Position numbers and translations under genes: made by a program
NCBI GenBank assembly: GCA_002269645.1
Contig: NIVC01001435.1
Coordinates: 62,001 to 126,000, forward strand
Direction of reading: 5' to 3'
DNA: 64,000 bases
Source of the DNA: Macrostomum lignano
Lineage: Eukaryota
Notes under the pieces: generated by a model
Told to the model about the DNA's origin: nothing
Database searches by the model: none
Seen by the model: the letters and a program-made list of their open reading frames with translations, nothing else
Shown: positions 17,348 to 34,172 of the stretch, piece by piece
Layout of the letters: each line of letters begins with the position of its first letter
Numbering within the stretch: the stretch's first letter is position 1

Positions 17348-19647
17348 GACTGTCTGTCTGTCAGCCTGTCTGTCAGCACTCACTGCAGCAGTCCGGAGCA
17401 AAGCGACGCAACCCCTGGCTGGTCAGCTGGTTCATCGGTCCTGTTGCCCACAGGCCACACGGAGAAGTGGCACTGAGAGCGGTGCCTAACGAAACCCGAC
17501 CCCCTTCGATGCGGAAGTCCCATCAGTCTCACCGGAAATTCTTCCGGTCTGTAGGAGTAAATTGGATCGATAGTTGAAGCATGTCACCTGAGCTGCATTT
17601 TAGTAACTATTTGATCTTGTCAAAGGTGACGGTTTATCCGCTGCTGATTGACAGCTTTACCTCTTCACTGCCAGATAAAATATGTAGCGCCGTAGTGAAG
17701 GCATCGCCACCACTTCCAGGGCCAGGTTCGTGCCGGTGCCCTGAAACAGTTCAACATTTTTTGTCATTCGAATTGCTGCAACTGCTTCCAGCTGGAATCC
17801 TTGCGGCTAGATCAACTGCTTCCAGTTGGAACCCTTGTGACTAGATCAACTGCTTCCAGTTGGAACCCTTGTGACTAGATCAACTGCTTTCGGCTGGAAC
17901 CCTTGCGACTAAACAAATGGAATGAATCTGAGCTAATGGCATCTGCTTCCGGCCAGGAAACTACTTAAAGATTTTCTTACTGAGTACGAGCTTGTCTGCA
18001 GGTTAATTACAACTTGAAACTATTAGTAAAATTTATGATTCAGAAATTTCTAAGGAAAGAGTTTGCAACTGCATCGGGCTAAGAATTGAAGTACACATAA
18101 GCTTGCAGGCATTTTTCTGCGCTTTGCTTTTGAAAAGTTTGTAGCGGGCGGCCTTTGGCTGGGAGTGCAGTTTGGGTGCTGGCGGGCTCCGTGTTTCCGC
18201 CGCCTGTATTTTCACCTTTTCAAATTTGCAGTTGGCGGTTTCAAAACTTGTGCATTCGAATGCATCAATAGTGATTCTGGCGTTTCTGCGTTTTCAGCTT
18301 ATGTTCTTGGCTGGAGATGTTCGATTTCAGTGTGAGATTATCAGTGAGATTATCAGTGTGAGATTATCAGTGTGAGATTATCAGTGTGAGATTATCAGAG
18401 TGAGAATACCAGTGTGAGATTATCAGTGTGAGATTATCAGTGTGAGATTATCAGTGTAAGAATATCAGTGTGAGAATATCAGTGTGAGATTATCAGTGTA
18501 AGAATATCAGTGTGATATTATCAGTGTGAGAATATCAGTGTGAGATTATCAGTGTAAGAATATCAGTGTGAGAATATCAGTGTGAGATTATCAGTGTGAG
18601 ATTATCAGAGTGAGAATACCAGTGTGAGATTATCAGTGTGAGATTATCAGTGTGAGATTATCAGTGTAAGAATATCAGTGTGAGAATATCAGTGTGAGAA
18701 TATCAGTGTGAGAATATCAGTGTGAGAATATCAGTGTGAGAATATCAGTGTGAGAATATCAGTGTGAGAATATCAGTGTGAGAATATCAGTGTGAGATTA
18801 TCAGTGTGAGATTATCAGTGTGAGAATTGGCGGTCCTTAGCACCAGTTTTTCACCCCCACGAATCCACTCTCACTTTGTCAAGCGCGACCTCTGCGCCAT
18901 CGTTGGCGCGATGCGCTCGGATCCGGGCGAGAAAAGCCTCCGGTTCAGCTGAAATTCCACAGTGAGTGGGCGGATAGGTGGGCGGCTTGGCAACTATGTG
19001 GATTAGATCATCCAGTTTGAAATCTGTTTCTTAACGATAACGAATTTGGCCAACTTTTGGCAATAGTCAAAAGCGTTTAAAAATTCAGCTATTTCTACTG
19101 GCTCATTATTTATAGCGGATATTCTCCTGACTATGATCCAATGACAGTAATAAATAGCGATATGCTTTCACACTGATAATATCACTGATAATCTCACACG
19201 GAATATCTCATACTAATAATCTCGAACTGATAATCTCACACTGATATTCTCACACTGATATTCTCACATTGATATTCTCACACTGATATTCTCACACTGA
19301 TAATCTCACACTAATAATCTCACACTGATATTCTCATACAGCTCAAATGAAAGACTATCAAGATTATCCACACAAAACGAATAGAATGCACAAAATGTAC
19401 ACAGATACAAATGAATGCTCAAGTTTTTCAAATTTTCATATTCCGTACCATAAATAAAAATATCGCAAATGCGATGCAAAGAATCGCATTGACGCTACGA
19501 ACAGTGGGTAAATTTTATAATCGAATTGTGCTCTAACTTACATCCGGCGCACTGAGAGGAGCGGACACTGAGGCACAGGAACACCAGGCTGAGGTAGGAG
19601 GAGAGCAACGGATGCCGATAAAATTTTAGTGAGAAATGAAGGCTCAT
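5836..19647 (-). CDS. ADAM-family (reprolysin M12B) membrane metalloprotease-disintegrin
   Basis: Exons read by hand: 19647-19542 (signal peptide MSLHF...[15 protein letters not shown]); 18948-18875; 17740-17661; 17548-17384 (prodomain CHF...VASLCSGLL); ~16258-16060 and ~16030-15925 (boundaries uncertain); 14444-14325 (furin site [12 protein letters not shown]); 13447-13376; 12883-12705; 10008-9924; 9482-9088 (zinc motif [12 protein letters not shown], Met-turn [18 protein letters not shown]); 8066-7772 (disintegrin QCDLPEFC); 7257-6551 (Cys-rich, EGF-like, [26 protein letters not shown]); 6481-5836 (Pro-rich tail). Any exon within 7300-7770 is unresolved. Confidence 0.93.
6030..6370 (-). repeat. 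Coding 18-bp minisatellite encoding ([12 protein letters not shown])n in the ADAM cytoplasmic tail
   Basis: Plus-strand units GGTTTTGGCACAGGTGTC and variants, about 17 copies, in frame in the last exon. Confidence 0.9.
8090..8932. repeat. 54-bp minisatellite in ADAM intron
   Basis: Unit GCAGAGGGGAGGGAGGGACAGCGTAGCTTAGCGGTAGGCGCGTCTGACTCTATC, about 15 copies. Confidence 0.96.
9500..9865. repeat. 18-bp minisatellite (CTAATGGGTCACTGTGTT)n in ADAM intron
   Basis: About 20 almost perfect units. Confidence 0.97.
10040..12640. repeat. 27-bp minisatellite (GATGATGGATTCTGGGGATAGTTAGTT)n in ADAM intron
   Basis: About 95 units, with recurring variant blocks forming higher-order repeats. Confidence 0.97.
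12985..13348. repeat. 33-bp minisatellite (ATCAAATCACTAAGGATCGGGGAAGAGGGTAAC)n in ADAM intron
   Basis: About 11 units. Confidence 0.96.
13741..14035 (+). mobile_element. tRNA-derived SINE with CORE-like domain (copy A)
   Basis: A-box-like TAGCCCAGTGGTTAGAG and B-box GGTTCGATTCC, then GTGTCCTTGAGCAAGACACTTAACTCT...TAAAATGGGT, which resembles the MIR/CORE motif. The body is shared with copies at 36922 and 43066. Confidence 0.85.
14490..14915. repeat. 20-bp minisatellite (TACTCTGGCGATCTCTAGTG)n in ADAM intron
   Basis: About 21 nearly perfect units. Confidence 0.97.
15400..15828. repeat. 31-bp minisatellite (AGCTGTCTCACTGAAGAGTCACAGAGGGGTA)n in ADAM intron
   Basis: About 14 nearly perfect units. 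Confidence 0.97.
16290..17376. repeat. Complex TG/TCTG microsatellite-derived array in ADAM intron
   Basis: GTGTCTGTCT/TAGTGTGTC units, grading into (TCTG)n. Confidence 0.95.
17805..17912. repeat. 34-bp repeat, about 3 copies, in ADAM intron
   Basis: TAGATCAACTGCTTCCAGTTGGAACCCTTGTGAC repeated. Confidence 0.85.
18327..18826 (+). repeat. 14-bp minisatellite (ATCAGTGTGAGA(T/A)T)n
   Basis: About 35 units in ADAM intron 2. Confidence 0.96.
19168..19338 (-). repeat. Same 14-bp minisatellite in inverted orientation
   Basis: Units A(A/T)TCTCACACTGAT are the reverse complement of the 18327-18826 array. This copy lies in ADAM intron 1. Confidence 0.92.
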
Positions 19648-19865
19648 TCTAGTATCGAAAGTACGGCTTTGCAACGTTGTTTATATTCGATATAATTTTC
19701 TACGCTGTAAAACTACTTAGTAAGGACCAAATTTAAATTGGCGCCAAACTTATCTTCGAAGTCGTTGTCTACACACGAGCTCGTTGTGCAAAGAAAGCCG
19801 AAAAATCAGTACAAACAAACAAACAAACCAACAAACTAATTAACAAACTATTTAATTAACTAGCC

Positions 19866-24920
<5,055 letters not shown>

Positions 24921-25251
24921 TCAATACTTCAATACTCAATTTCGTTTCTCCGTGAGAGACATGGGCCAAGACAGAACGTATCACTACAGAATGCATTTCT
25001 CACCTTCAAGGCTTCAATATGCATATAAAACTCTTATGTGTTTCGTTTGAGATTGATCTACAAGTATTTTACATGCACACACAGGCAGACGCTCATACAG
25101 GTGTACAGCCGGTACTGACTTTCTCAGCGTCAGTCATGCAAACTCCGCGCCTTGCGGACGGTTCCTCATCGGTTTGAATTGCATGAAAAGCTCCACACGC
25201 CAAGCCATTAGCAACAGATTATTTGACTCAAGCAAATAAAAGAACAAATTC

Positions 25252-28200
25252 TCAAAGGCGCGTGTCAAAGTCAGCTTCGTTGACGACAACTGGTTGCACC
25301 CGGTGCCCACCTGTCGGGCGAATATTTCTGAGCAGCAGAACCAGCGGGTGGATCAGGGACACGCAGGTGAGGCCGGCGAGGATGTAGTTAATCTGCAGAG
25401 GGGTCAAAGGATGCAGCTAGTGTGTGGCAGTGCATATCTAGCTCAAGGACCACTAGGAACACTTCGTTCTAGTCTAGTAGCCCTTGATCCAGCTAAAGGT
25501 GCTTTCCTATAAGTGGAAAAAAGTACACATAGCACTGATGTTAAAGTCTACATGTAATCAATGAAGCTTTATGTATTGCCTAAATATTATGTGTTATTAA
25601 CCTATTCACTGCTGGTCCGTTTGATCTCAGGTAAGACTCAATTTTTAATAAGCAGTATTGCTAATCGACCTGTAGTGAAAATACCTTTTACGACGTACAT
25701 TGCCACTCACTGTCTATGGTGAAAGTTTGGGGCTTTACTCTGTTTGGAATTGATATGATTGTCTTGTCAATGGTTCAAAGCATGCCTTGCAGTTGCTCTT
25801 GCCAAGGAGTAGCACATTCTTAGTTGCTTAGTCAGTACAAATTTTCGAATATTTTCCATCTCACCGTGTCCGGAGTTCGCGAGTCCTGCATCCAGCTGGT
25901 GAGCGGCACAGTCAGAAACATGAATGGCGCAGCGCAGCAGAGGACTCCAGTGTACACGATGCCAAAGTTCTCCGGCTTGAAGCTGCGGGATCGGTTTTAG
26001 GATCGCGTGGCTGTTCGAGTGAAGCAGCTATCCCAGACTCCAAACTCCAAACGACCCGAACTCACACAGAGATGCAATAGTTGCTCAGTGTGGAGAACAG
26101 AAAGGCCCTGAACACTGCTGTCACAACAAAAGCTGGAATGAGGATGTCTGTGCAGTTCGGCAGCATCATCAAGCAGCTGATCAGTCCGATCAGACCCGCC
26201 AGAGTCAGCGTGGTCACCGTGTTGAGCTTGTAGGTCCGGTAAGTGTTTTGGCGTACTAGACTCGAATATGGAGAGGATTATAAAACGAAGCTAACGTGAT
26301 TGCTTTTTCTATTGCTTCTCAATCAATAATTATTTCAATCACGAGCTAGAAATGCATGCATAAACTCAACATGCTTATTTAGGAGTATACCTGCAACACT
26401 CTTTCATGCTTTCATGCAAATATGGCAAAGAAAAATATTTAGCAAAAGCATGCATTCAACCATCAAATGTAGTCTTTGTATCCTCACGTGTCGGTATGAG
26501 CCGCTTCTGCAGGTCCAGCAGCAGGCCGGGAAGCAGCGAGATCAACGGATTAGCAAGAAAGAAATAGCCGAACACAACAGCGTACTGCTCCACCAGATCC
26601 TGGTTCCCATCCGTGATCAAGTCCACGTAGGCGTTTAACGAGCCGAAGAAATAGTTGAGCCGGAGATTGTTGCAGATCATCCACAGGACCATGAGGAAGA
26701 AGTCTGTTGTCAGTAGAAACTGCAGGCCCGAACAGAAGGGCTGTGGTTTCTGTGAATGACATAGATGAGTCTTAAGATGAATGTAGGCTTAGTACTTGCT
26801 TCAGTGCCAGTAAAATCATAAGAAAGTCCCAACCTCGCTGGAATCCGATTCCCCATCTGATTCCGTTGTCTTCTGCCCTTGCTGCTGGGCCTCCTTCTTC
26901 GACTTGCGGCCGCGCAGCGAAGCCAAGCTGATATGCTGAGGCGCCGGGCCCGAGTCCACCTGGAGCCGGTTGTACTTTCCCGGGTAGACGGCGACTGTCA
27001 GGCTGATTGTGAGCACGCCGAGGCCTGTGTACACTCCGAATGCGATGAAGCCGTTGACGTTGCTGCGAGATATTTGCTGAATGAAAGGTTAAAATTAATA
27101 TTTTCAGGTGTAAGTAGTTATTTGTGTATACATTCTCGCAGACACGCCACTCGGCTACTGCAAAAAGAATAACAGAAATTTGTCTGTAAAAGCCTTTGAC
27201 ATAATGCAAATAAAATGTTGGAGGAAAATGGCGATTATAAAACTTTCATCATCCACACTAGAAATGGCTAGGACCGCGTGAGGCTGAGTTTCACTGATGA
27301 TGACGCAACAAAACCATCCAGTAGTTGGGAGACCATGCTTCCTGGGAAATATCCCGCCTGCGGCACTAAATTGCAAACCTTTTGTGTTGCTAACCTTCCA
27401 GACCGTCAAGATATTCAACGATTCTGCAGAAGGTCGGTGTTGTACTTTGAGGCAGCGTGGCCAAATGAATACGATGCGAGAAGCGATTGCAGGGTAGAAA
27501 AGCAACAAAGGCTTGAAAGGCCGGTGCGCACTTATATTATAATTTACCTACTAACCAGCATGATTCAGCAAACCCCCCACCCGGCCTAGGCCGGTCTGGG
27601 CAGACAGACAAAATCCCCCCAGCCAATCAGAACGCAAGAACCCTAACCGGCGTACAAGTCGTACACAACAGTCGGATTTTTCTATAAGCGCCAATCAGCA
27701 CTGCGCCTTTCCAAATCTTCAAATATCAGCACGTCGACAACATGTGTGCGCATCCTCTCTGACTTTGGTGGCTACTGGCCTTCATTCAGCCAGGTGGAAT
27801 TTCTAGACCTTTAACAGGTGACTATAACAACATGTTGCGAATCTTTTTAAGTTCACGGATGGAGCCTGGACAGTGGGCAAGCCTTATCTGCTGGACATCC
27901 TCATTTAGCCTCTCAAGCATTCAGTCGTCATCCTGACGCCGTCAGCATCTCCAACGTGCTAGATAAGTCACTCTGTCAAGTAGGGCAAACTGCTCACCAC
28001 AAGCACCGATGGCACCATTGTGCATGCGCCGAACAGGCCGCTAATCATTGCAGCAACCACGAATGGAAATTTCACCATGGTTGACAGCTGCAGGTTAGAC
28101 ATGACCACCTGGATGCCGGAGAGGCCCAGTATCAATGTGCCAGGAAATATCAGCCAGTCAGCGCCTGCGGTGCAGTTGGTAGAATAAAGCAATTGGGAAG

Positions 28201-29516
28201 AAGTTTTATTTAATACCAATGAAGCAAGCCAAAACCAGCACTCGTCACTTTCACTTGTCACTTGTCACTTATCACTTGTCACTTGTCACTTGTCACTTGT
28301 CACTTGTCCCTGTAAAATTTCACACCTCTACAAAATTTTAATTAGCTTCAAAGCTGTGCTTCTAATTAGGTAATATCAGCACTCGTTTTAAAGCTGAAAA
28401 CGTAAATTCAAGTCACAGAAAATGTCAAAGTAATCAAAAGTATTGTTTGGTTTTATAACGTGCAGAATAGTGGGGGAATTTTTCATTTACAGCAAAGATC
28501 AACGGAAGAAAATTGTACTTTAATTAACTATTCGTTGTAGCAGTGCGATATCGCACCTTCAAAGATAAAAGAGTTTTCTGTCGAGTGCACACGCCAATGG
28601 TTAAAATCTGAACAAAATGCTACTCAAACAAATTTAAGGCAGGTTTTCACCATTTTTTGCCTCACGTCAGTCAGTCATAGATCGACCTTAGGCACAGGGT
28701 CACAGGTGCGTCCAAAGGTGATAAATAACTTGATTGGAAAGGTGCGTCCACCTCCAATTCACGAGCACAGGTCAAAGCAGGTACACACAAGAGAGAAAGG
28801 ATAGAGAGAGTACGCTCGCAGACAGTTAAAAAACGGTGTTTTCCGACCTCGTTTAAATTGTGAGAATAGTATCAATGGCGGCTGTTAACAGAAAAAGCAA
28901 TGGTGTGGTAGGGGACGGATCAAAGATATACATGTACATGTCTTGGACCTACAGGGGTAAATAGAGCCCAAATAATGCAACTACATTAAGAAATCCCTTC
29001 GGTGTTTACCGAGTTACAATCCGTAGAGCCTCAAGAGTTAAATGCTCGGGATTCAGGTACCCAAGACTCCGATGTCGCTACTCTCCTGGCATCATTCGTG
29101 CCTCCCTGCCCTCACGCTGACTCAACTCTCTCACCCGGCTGCACCAGCGTGAAGCAGAGGCTTCCCAGTCCGAACAGCGCCGCAGCGATGGTCTTCACCA
29201 CTCGGAAGCCCCAACGGTCCAGGATGAACCCGGATGCGACATTGCCGAACGGTGTCACCACCTGGGTGATGGTGAACGCTAGAGTGATCTGATCGCGCGT
29301 TGCAGAACAGCTAGCGGTGGCGTTGGCGCCAGCTGTGACATTGGGTGCGCACAGGTGGCCGTAGACACCGCGGTCATTGAGCACGGGAACCAGAGAGACC
29401 ACGCCATAGAATAGACCGGAGAAGAGCAGAGTCTCCAGCATGGCGAGGCCGATGGTGACGGCGATTCGCAGGTTGGAAGGCGCTGCCAGAGGCGGCTTCT
29501 TCTCGCTGTCAGACAT
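25252..29516 (-). CDS. SLC43-like MFS transporter (LAT3/LAT4/ENBT1 family), paralogue 1, 7 exons
   Basis: Exons 29516-29135, 28164-27998, 27076-26834, 26749-26488, 26255-26066, 25982-25865 and 25392-25252, with consistent phases. The motifs LETLLFSGLFYGVVSLVPVL...LC, GFILDRWG and SNLQL match SLC43 architecture (recalled, not searched). The protein ends DTRL*. Confidence 0.85.
28245..28306. repeat. 7-bp microsatellite (CACTTGT)n
   Basis: About 8 units in intron 1 of paralogue 1. Confidence 0.9.
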
Positions 29517-30000
29517 GGCTAATGTACTTTACTGTTTCTTCAACAGCTGGAGCTCAGTTAATAGGAAAAAGGTATTATTTTAAGTTGAGCAGCAATAATT
29601 TATATTAGCAGCACAGCTCAATCGAGGGGTTGGTTGTCTTGAATAGCCGCGTAGTATTTTATCTGTGTGCGTGCAGTTTGCGGAGGGTAGAGAGGGGAAA
29701 ACCGCAGCCAGTGAGAACAGGTTACAGACTTGCACTTAGCTGCCGACTTTGAAGAGTTCTTTAACTATACCGACTAGTGCTGGATCAAGCGCACCGAAAT
29801 ATGAGGGCTATCTGTGTCCTCTAATATCCATAGAGATTTTTTAACAGTCATTGTTGAATGAGCATACTCCTAACCAATGTGTTTATTAATTTTTCCGCGC
29901 CAAGATTCTATTGGTCGCAAAGTGCAGTGCCCAATGAGAAATTGAGGTATAGTAGTTCTAGATTTGATACTGCTTTATTATTTAAATTATTGAAAGGATT
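29517..30000 (-). promoter_or_regulatory. 5' flank of SLC43 paralogue 1, duplicated upstream of paralogue 3
   Basis: Near-identical to 47961-48365 and contains CCAAT/ATTGG boxes. Confidence 0.6.
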
Positions 30001-30859
30001 TAATCACATACGTATTTCCAACTGTAACTCATATTGTTTTATTTGTCCGCTTCCCCGCTGTTATCTATGGCTAAAGCGGTCTCGCAGACCGAGTTAAGTA
30101 GGGCTCGGCAAAGCCGAGCAGAGGAGGCAAGCCTCGCTCAAGAAAGGGAGCATAAATATACTCGCAGCAGCGTTTCCCTGGCAGTTTAATAAGGCTATTC
30201 GTGAAATAAGGGATTGTCGCACACAGTCTATGGCAATAAGTGAGCCACGGGTCGTTTGTCATTGTTTTGCAATTTGATGATCATTATTCGTCAAACAGAA
30301 AAACAATGCAAAGAATCAGCGGTCGCAGCACGTGACGACGATTGGTCTATTACCGGCGCTCGCCAGACAATCGTTGTCACGCACTGGCGCTGATTATTTA
30401 TCCAGTGCATTCCTGCCCGAGGCATTAATTGACGATTACATGGCCGAAAAAATCATGGGACAACAATATTTTGAGCATTGTTCTCAGCATTGCTTCATTT
30501 GGAATTCAAAAGTCTAGAAGGTGAGAGATATTAGGAATTTTGTGCTAAAATCTGTCATCAACTTCCTATTTCGCTAAGCATTTTACAGCGAACATCATTG
30601 TTAGTTGTTCATGTTCATTCAGATTGCTACAGTAGGGCTCATTTCTTCGACCAAGCACATAGAGAATAGGAAAAAAGAACTTGAAGTGTTCAGCCAACAG
30701 CCGGTGCAGGAGGTGCCGCTGTTGACGCTGCAGACACCTTACCGGCTGCACCCGGACACTGGCCCGCGGTGCGGCCTACATTCGCACCCAGGCCCTGAAA
30801 CGCGCCCTGTGACGTTGTCTTTGCCTCTCTCTTGACTCGCTTGACTGGCTGAAAGCGTA

Positions 30860-30937
30860 TTTTGTTGTTTTTGCTGTTGTTGTTGTTGTTGTTGCTGTTG
30901 TTGTTGTAGTTGTTGTTGTTGTTGTTGTTGTTGTTGT
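30860..30937. repeat. (GTT)n / (CAA)n trinucleotide repeat
   Basis: About 25 units with rare GCT/GTA variants. Confidence 0.95.
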
Positions 30938-31563
30938 ATCTTTTGTGAGACAATATTTTTTGTAATAACGTCTCTGAAAATTCACCGTAATTGTCTTGAA
31001 TTCCTTGTTTTATTTGTTGATCTTACGTGCAAGGATTAACGAATATCTGGAGCGTCTGGTGGAATTAATCCACTAAGAACCCAACCAGTACACGAACACC
31101 AAGGACCACTGTAGTATAACAGTACCGAAAACTCAAAGATCGTGTAAATTTTTGAAGGCCAATTTCCCCGAAAAAATGTACACTGCGACAAAAAAGTCAC
31201 AGTGTAATTCTGACATGTCGAATCTGTTCTCTTTTTGAAATCCCAAACACGCCGTTTAGGCTCTCAATCTTATAAAAACAGGCCGGATCGCTCAACAACG
31301 GTTGAGCACTGGGTACAGCTAAATATTTTCGAATCTGCTTTCCGATTTTCTACAGTGGCGAACTGCGTCAAAAAGCCGCTTTTGTAAAGAAAAAGAAACA
31401 AAATGATTTAGTTAAGAAGCTCCCTGTTAATTAAAAAACGGTTTATTTAACTTTTCATTTCTACAAGCGCACATTACTTTGAAATTATTTCAGAACGATA
31501 GTGATAGTCTGGTTTTAGTCTGGTCCGTTGTGCAACGCTGGACGGGAGCAGAAGCATAGCGTT

Positions 31564-31833
31564 CTATTTGCCGAATATTTTGCGGGCGACTCGGCCGTAA
31601 AATCCTAAGACATTGCGAAGCTCCCTCTTTAACCTGAAATTCTTTAACCTAAAACGGAACTTCTTCTGCAGCTCAGCGGCCCTCTCGTCCGTCATCTCCG
31701 GCTCGTCCATGTCGGCCAGAGCCTCCAGCGCCGCCATCGCCTCCGCGTCCTCCTCCGACATCTCCTGGCTGTTGGGTCTGGCGGCGGCCAGAGCTGCGCA
31801 CAGCAGGAGCCCGAGAACGAACTGAAACCTCAT
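31564..31833 (-). CDS. Intronless secreted cationic peptide precursor (putative antimicrobial peptide, arminin-like architecture), 89 aa
   Basis: Hydrophobic signal MRFQFVLGLLLCAALAAA; acidic pro-region with 13 D/E; dibasic KK; cationic FRFRLKNFRLKRELRNVLGFYGRVARKIF; terminal GK amidation signal. A TATA-like CATAAATA lies at 31933-31926 and AATAAA at 31447-31442. GC-rich codon usage. The antimicrobial function is inferred. Confidence 0.8.
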   Translation of the reverse strand: MRFQFVLGLLLCAALAAARPNSQEMSEEDAEAMAALEALADMDEPEMTDERAAELQKKFRFRLKNFRLKRELRNVLGFYGRVARKIFGK

Positions 31834-31925
31834 GCTTGCTGGGTTGAGTTGTGTAGCCGGATGAAGCTGAGAGAATCGCTATTTAGCTTAGGCTTGGTTG
31901 ATCATTTCGGCTCGGAGAGGCCCTG

Positions 31926-31933
31926 TATTTATG
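31926..31933 (-). promoter_or_regulatory. TATA-like box of the peptide gene
   Basis: CATAAATA on the minus strand, about 95 bp upstream of the ATG. Confidence 0.5.
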
Positions 31934-32429
31934 CTGCAAAAATTGGCACGTTTTTCCGGTCGTGTGAATTAGGAGGTGGCAGGACCTCTTTTCACGTGCT
32001 TCAGAGTGCTTAGAGTTCGCCAATTGAACCCATAGCAAAATGCTTTGTGCCCGAGGCAACATTTCGAGACATTGAACTTGAATTACAATTTGTACTTTCA
32101 GCCTATCATTATGTTGCAGCAGGGTTGTCTAAAATGCGAGCTTAATTGAAACGCATAAGAGTGCAGAGCACTTGAGATGGGTTCGAGAGCACAAAGCGCG
32201 ACAATGGCAAATGCATCTGAGAGAGAATCTCAGGCAATTTCTCTTTCTCTCTTTCAGATGCATTTATGGCTGGCCACTAGGATTGGATTCATTCCAAGGG
32301 CATTTTTGTAGCCTATAATTTTTATTAACAACCTGCGTTTATCTGCATGTGTGTTAAAAAGCCATTGCTTCCAATTGACGGGGACTCTAAAGTTTCACTA
32401 AATATTCCTAGTAGCTTCGTGTCTTTTTT

Positions 32430-33440
32430 ATCCCCAGTCTCCTGTCTCTGTTATCTAGTCTCCTTTCTCTGTTATCTAGCCTCCTGTCTCTGTTATCTAG
32501 CCTCCTGTCTCTGATATCTAGTCTCCTGTCTCTGATATCCAGTCTCCTGTCTCTGATATCCAGTCTCCTGTTTCTGTTATCTAGCCTCCTGTCTCTGATA
32601 TCTAGTCTCCTGTGTCGATTATCTAGTCTTCTAAGTCCTGTCTCATGTCTCGTATATCCAGTCTCCTGTCTCTGTTTTTCAGTCTCCTGTCTCTGATATC
32701 TAGTCTCCTGTCTTGGATATCCAGCCCCTTGTCTCTGATATCTAGTCTCCTGTCTCGGTTATCTAGTCTTACAAGTCCTGTCTGATGTCTGTGTTATCTA
32801 GTCTCCTGTCTCTGTTATCTAGTCTCCTGTCTCTGTTATTCAGTCTCCTGTCTCTGATATCTAGTCTCCTGTCTTGGATATCCAGCCCCTTGTCTCTGAT
32901 ATCTAGTCTCCTGTCTCGGTTATCTAGTCTTACAAGTCCTGTCTGATGTCTGTGTTATCTAGTCTCCTGTCTCTGTTATCTAGTCTCCTGTCTCTGTTAT
33001 TCAGTCTCCTTTCTCTGATATCCAGTCTCCTGTCTCGGTTATCTAGTCTTACAAGTCCTGTCTGATGTCTGTGTTATCTAGTCTCCTTTCTCTGATACCC
33101 AGTCTCCTGTCTCTGTTATCTAGTCTCTTGTCTCTGATATCTAGTCTCCTTTCTCTGATATCCAGTCTCTTGTCTCTGATATCTAGTCTCTTGTCTCTGA
33201 TATCTAGTCTCCTGTCTCTGATATCCAGTCTCCTGTCTCGGTTATCTAGTCTTACAAGTCCTGTCTGATGTCTGTGTTATCTAGTCTCCTTTCTCTGATA
33301 CCCAGTCTCCTTTCTCTGATATCCAGTCTCTTGTCTCTGATATCCAGTCTCTTGTCTCTGATATCCAGTCTCTTGTCTCTGATATCCAGTCTCTTGTCTC
33401 TGATATCCAGTCTCCTGTCTCTGATATCCAGTCTCCCATC
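32430..33440. repeat. Degenerate 21-bp minisatellite (AGTCTCCTGTCTCTGATATCT)n
   Basis: About 45 variable units with internal block duplications. Confidence 0.93.
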
Positions 33441-34172
33441 ACAAGTTTTCCTGACTCTTAAATGCAGTCTTCTGTATCTAGTATGTTTCCTATCTCTAAA
33501 CTGTGATGAAAAAAATTACATGCGATTTAAAGAAATCATTTTAGTTGTAATTCTAGTATATAGGATAGTGTAAATTTTACTCCTAGCAGGCATATTTGAA
33601 TTCATTTTCGAATTAAAGCAGCACAGTGGTTTTGTGCAGCCAAAATGTTGCATTAAAATAATTTTTGGAGCAGTTCGTACAAGCGCGTTTAGCATTGAAC
33701 CTGAAAGCTCCTCACAATTGTAGCTCTCCTTTGCAGTTCGCAACAGAATTTGTTTTCAAACCCACGAAAAGCTGCTGCCTCTCGCCAGATGCTTAATTGT
33801 CAAAAAAGCAATGAAAAATCTGCCACGTAGGTTCATGGCTCATCAATTGAAAACTACCCAAGCTGCGTTCCGAACACCGGCACGAAGCTTCCCTACTGGA
33901 ACTGCGATTACTTAACGAACTTACCGTTTTACATCCCTCGAGAGCGGATTCAGCGCTTTCTTTAACAGATACGGCAGGTGAGGACAGGGCGTACTCTGTC
34001 CTCAATCTGTTTGTCTGCTGACTCTGGCGCCCCGGATTCGGTCGGCAACGCGGCCCCGTGTTCACACCCGAAACCGTACAGGTGCGCGCACGTGACGCCA
34101 CTGCAGTTTTTACAATCTTAACTGACATTGCTGTTAATAATACGAGCTAGCACGAAACTTCATAGGTTTCGC

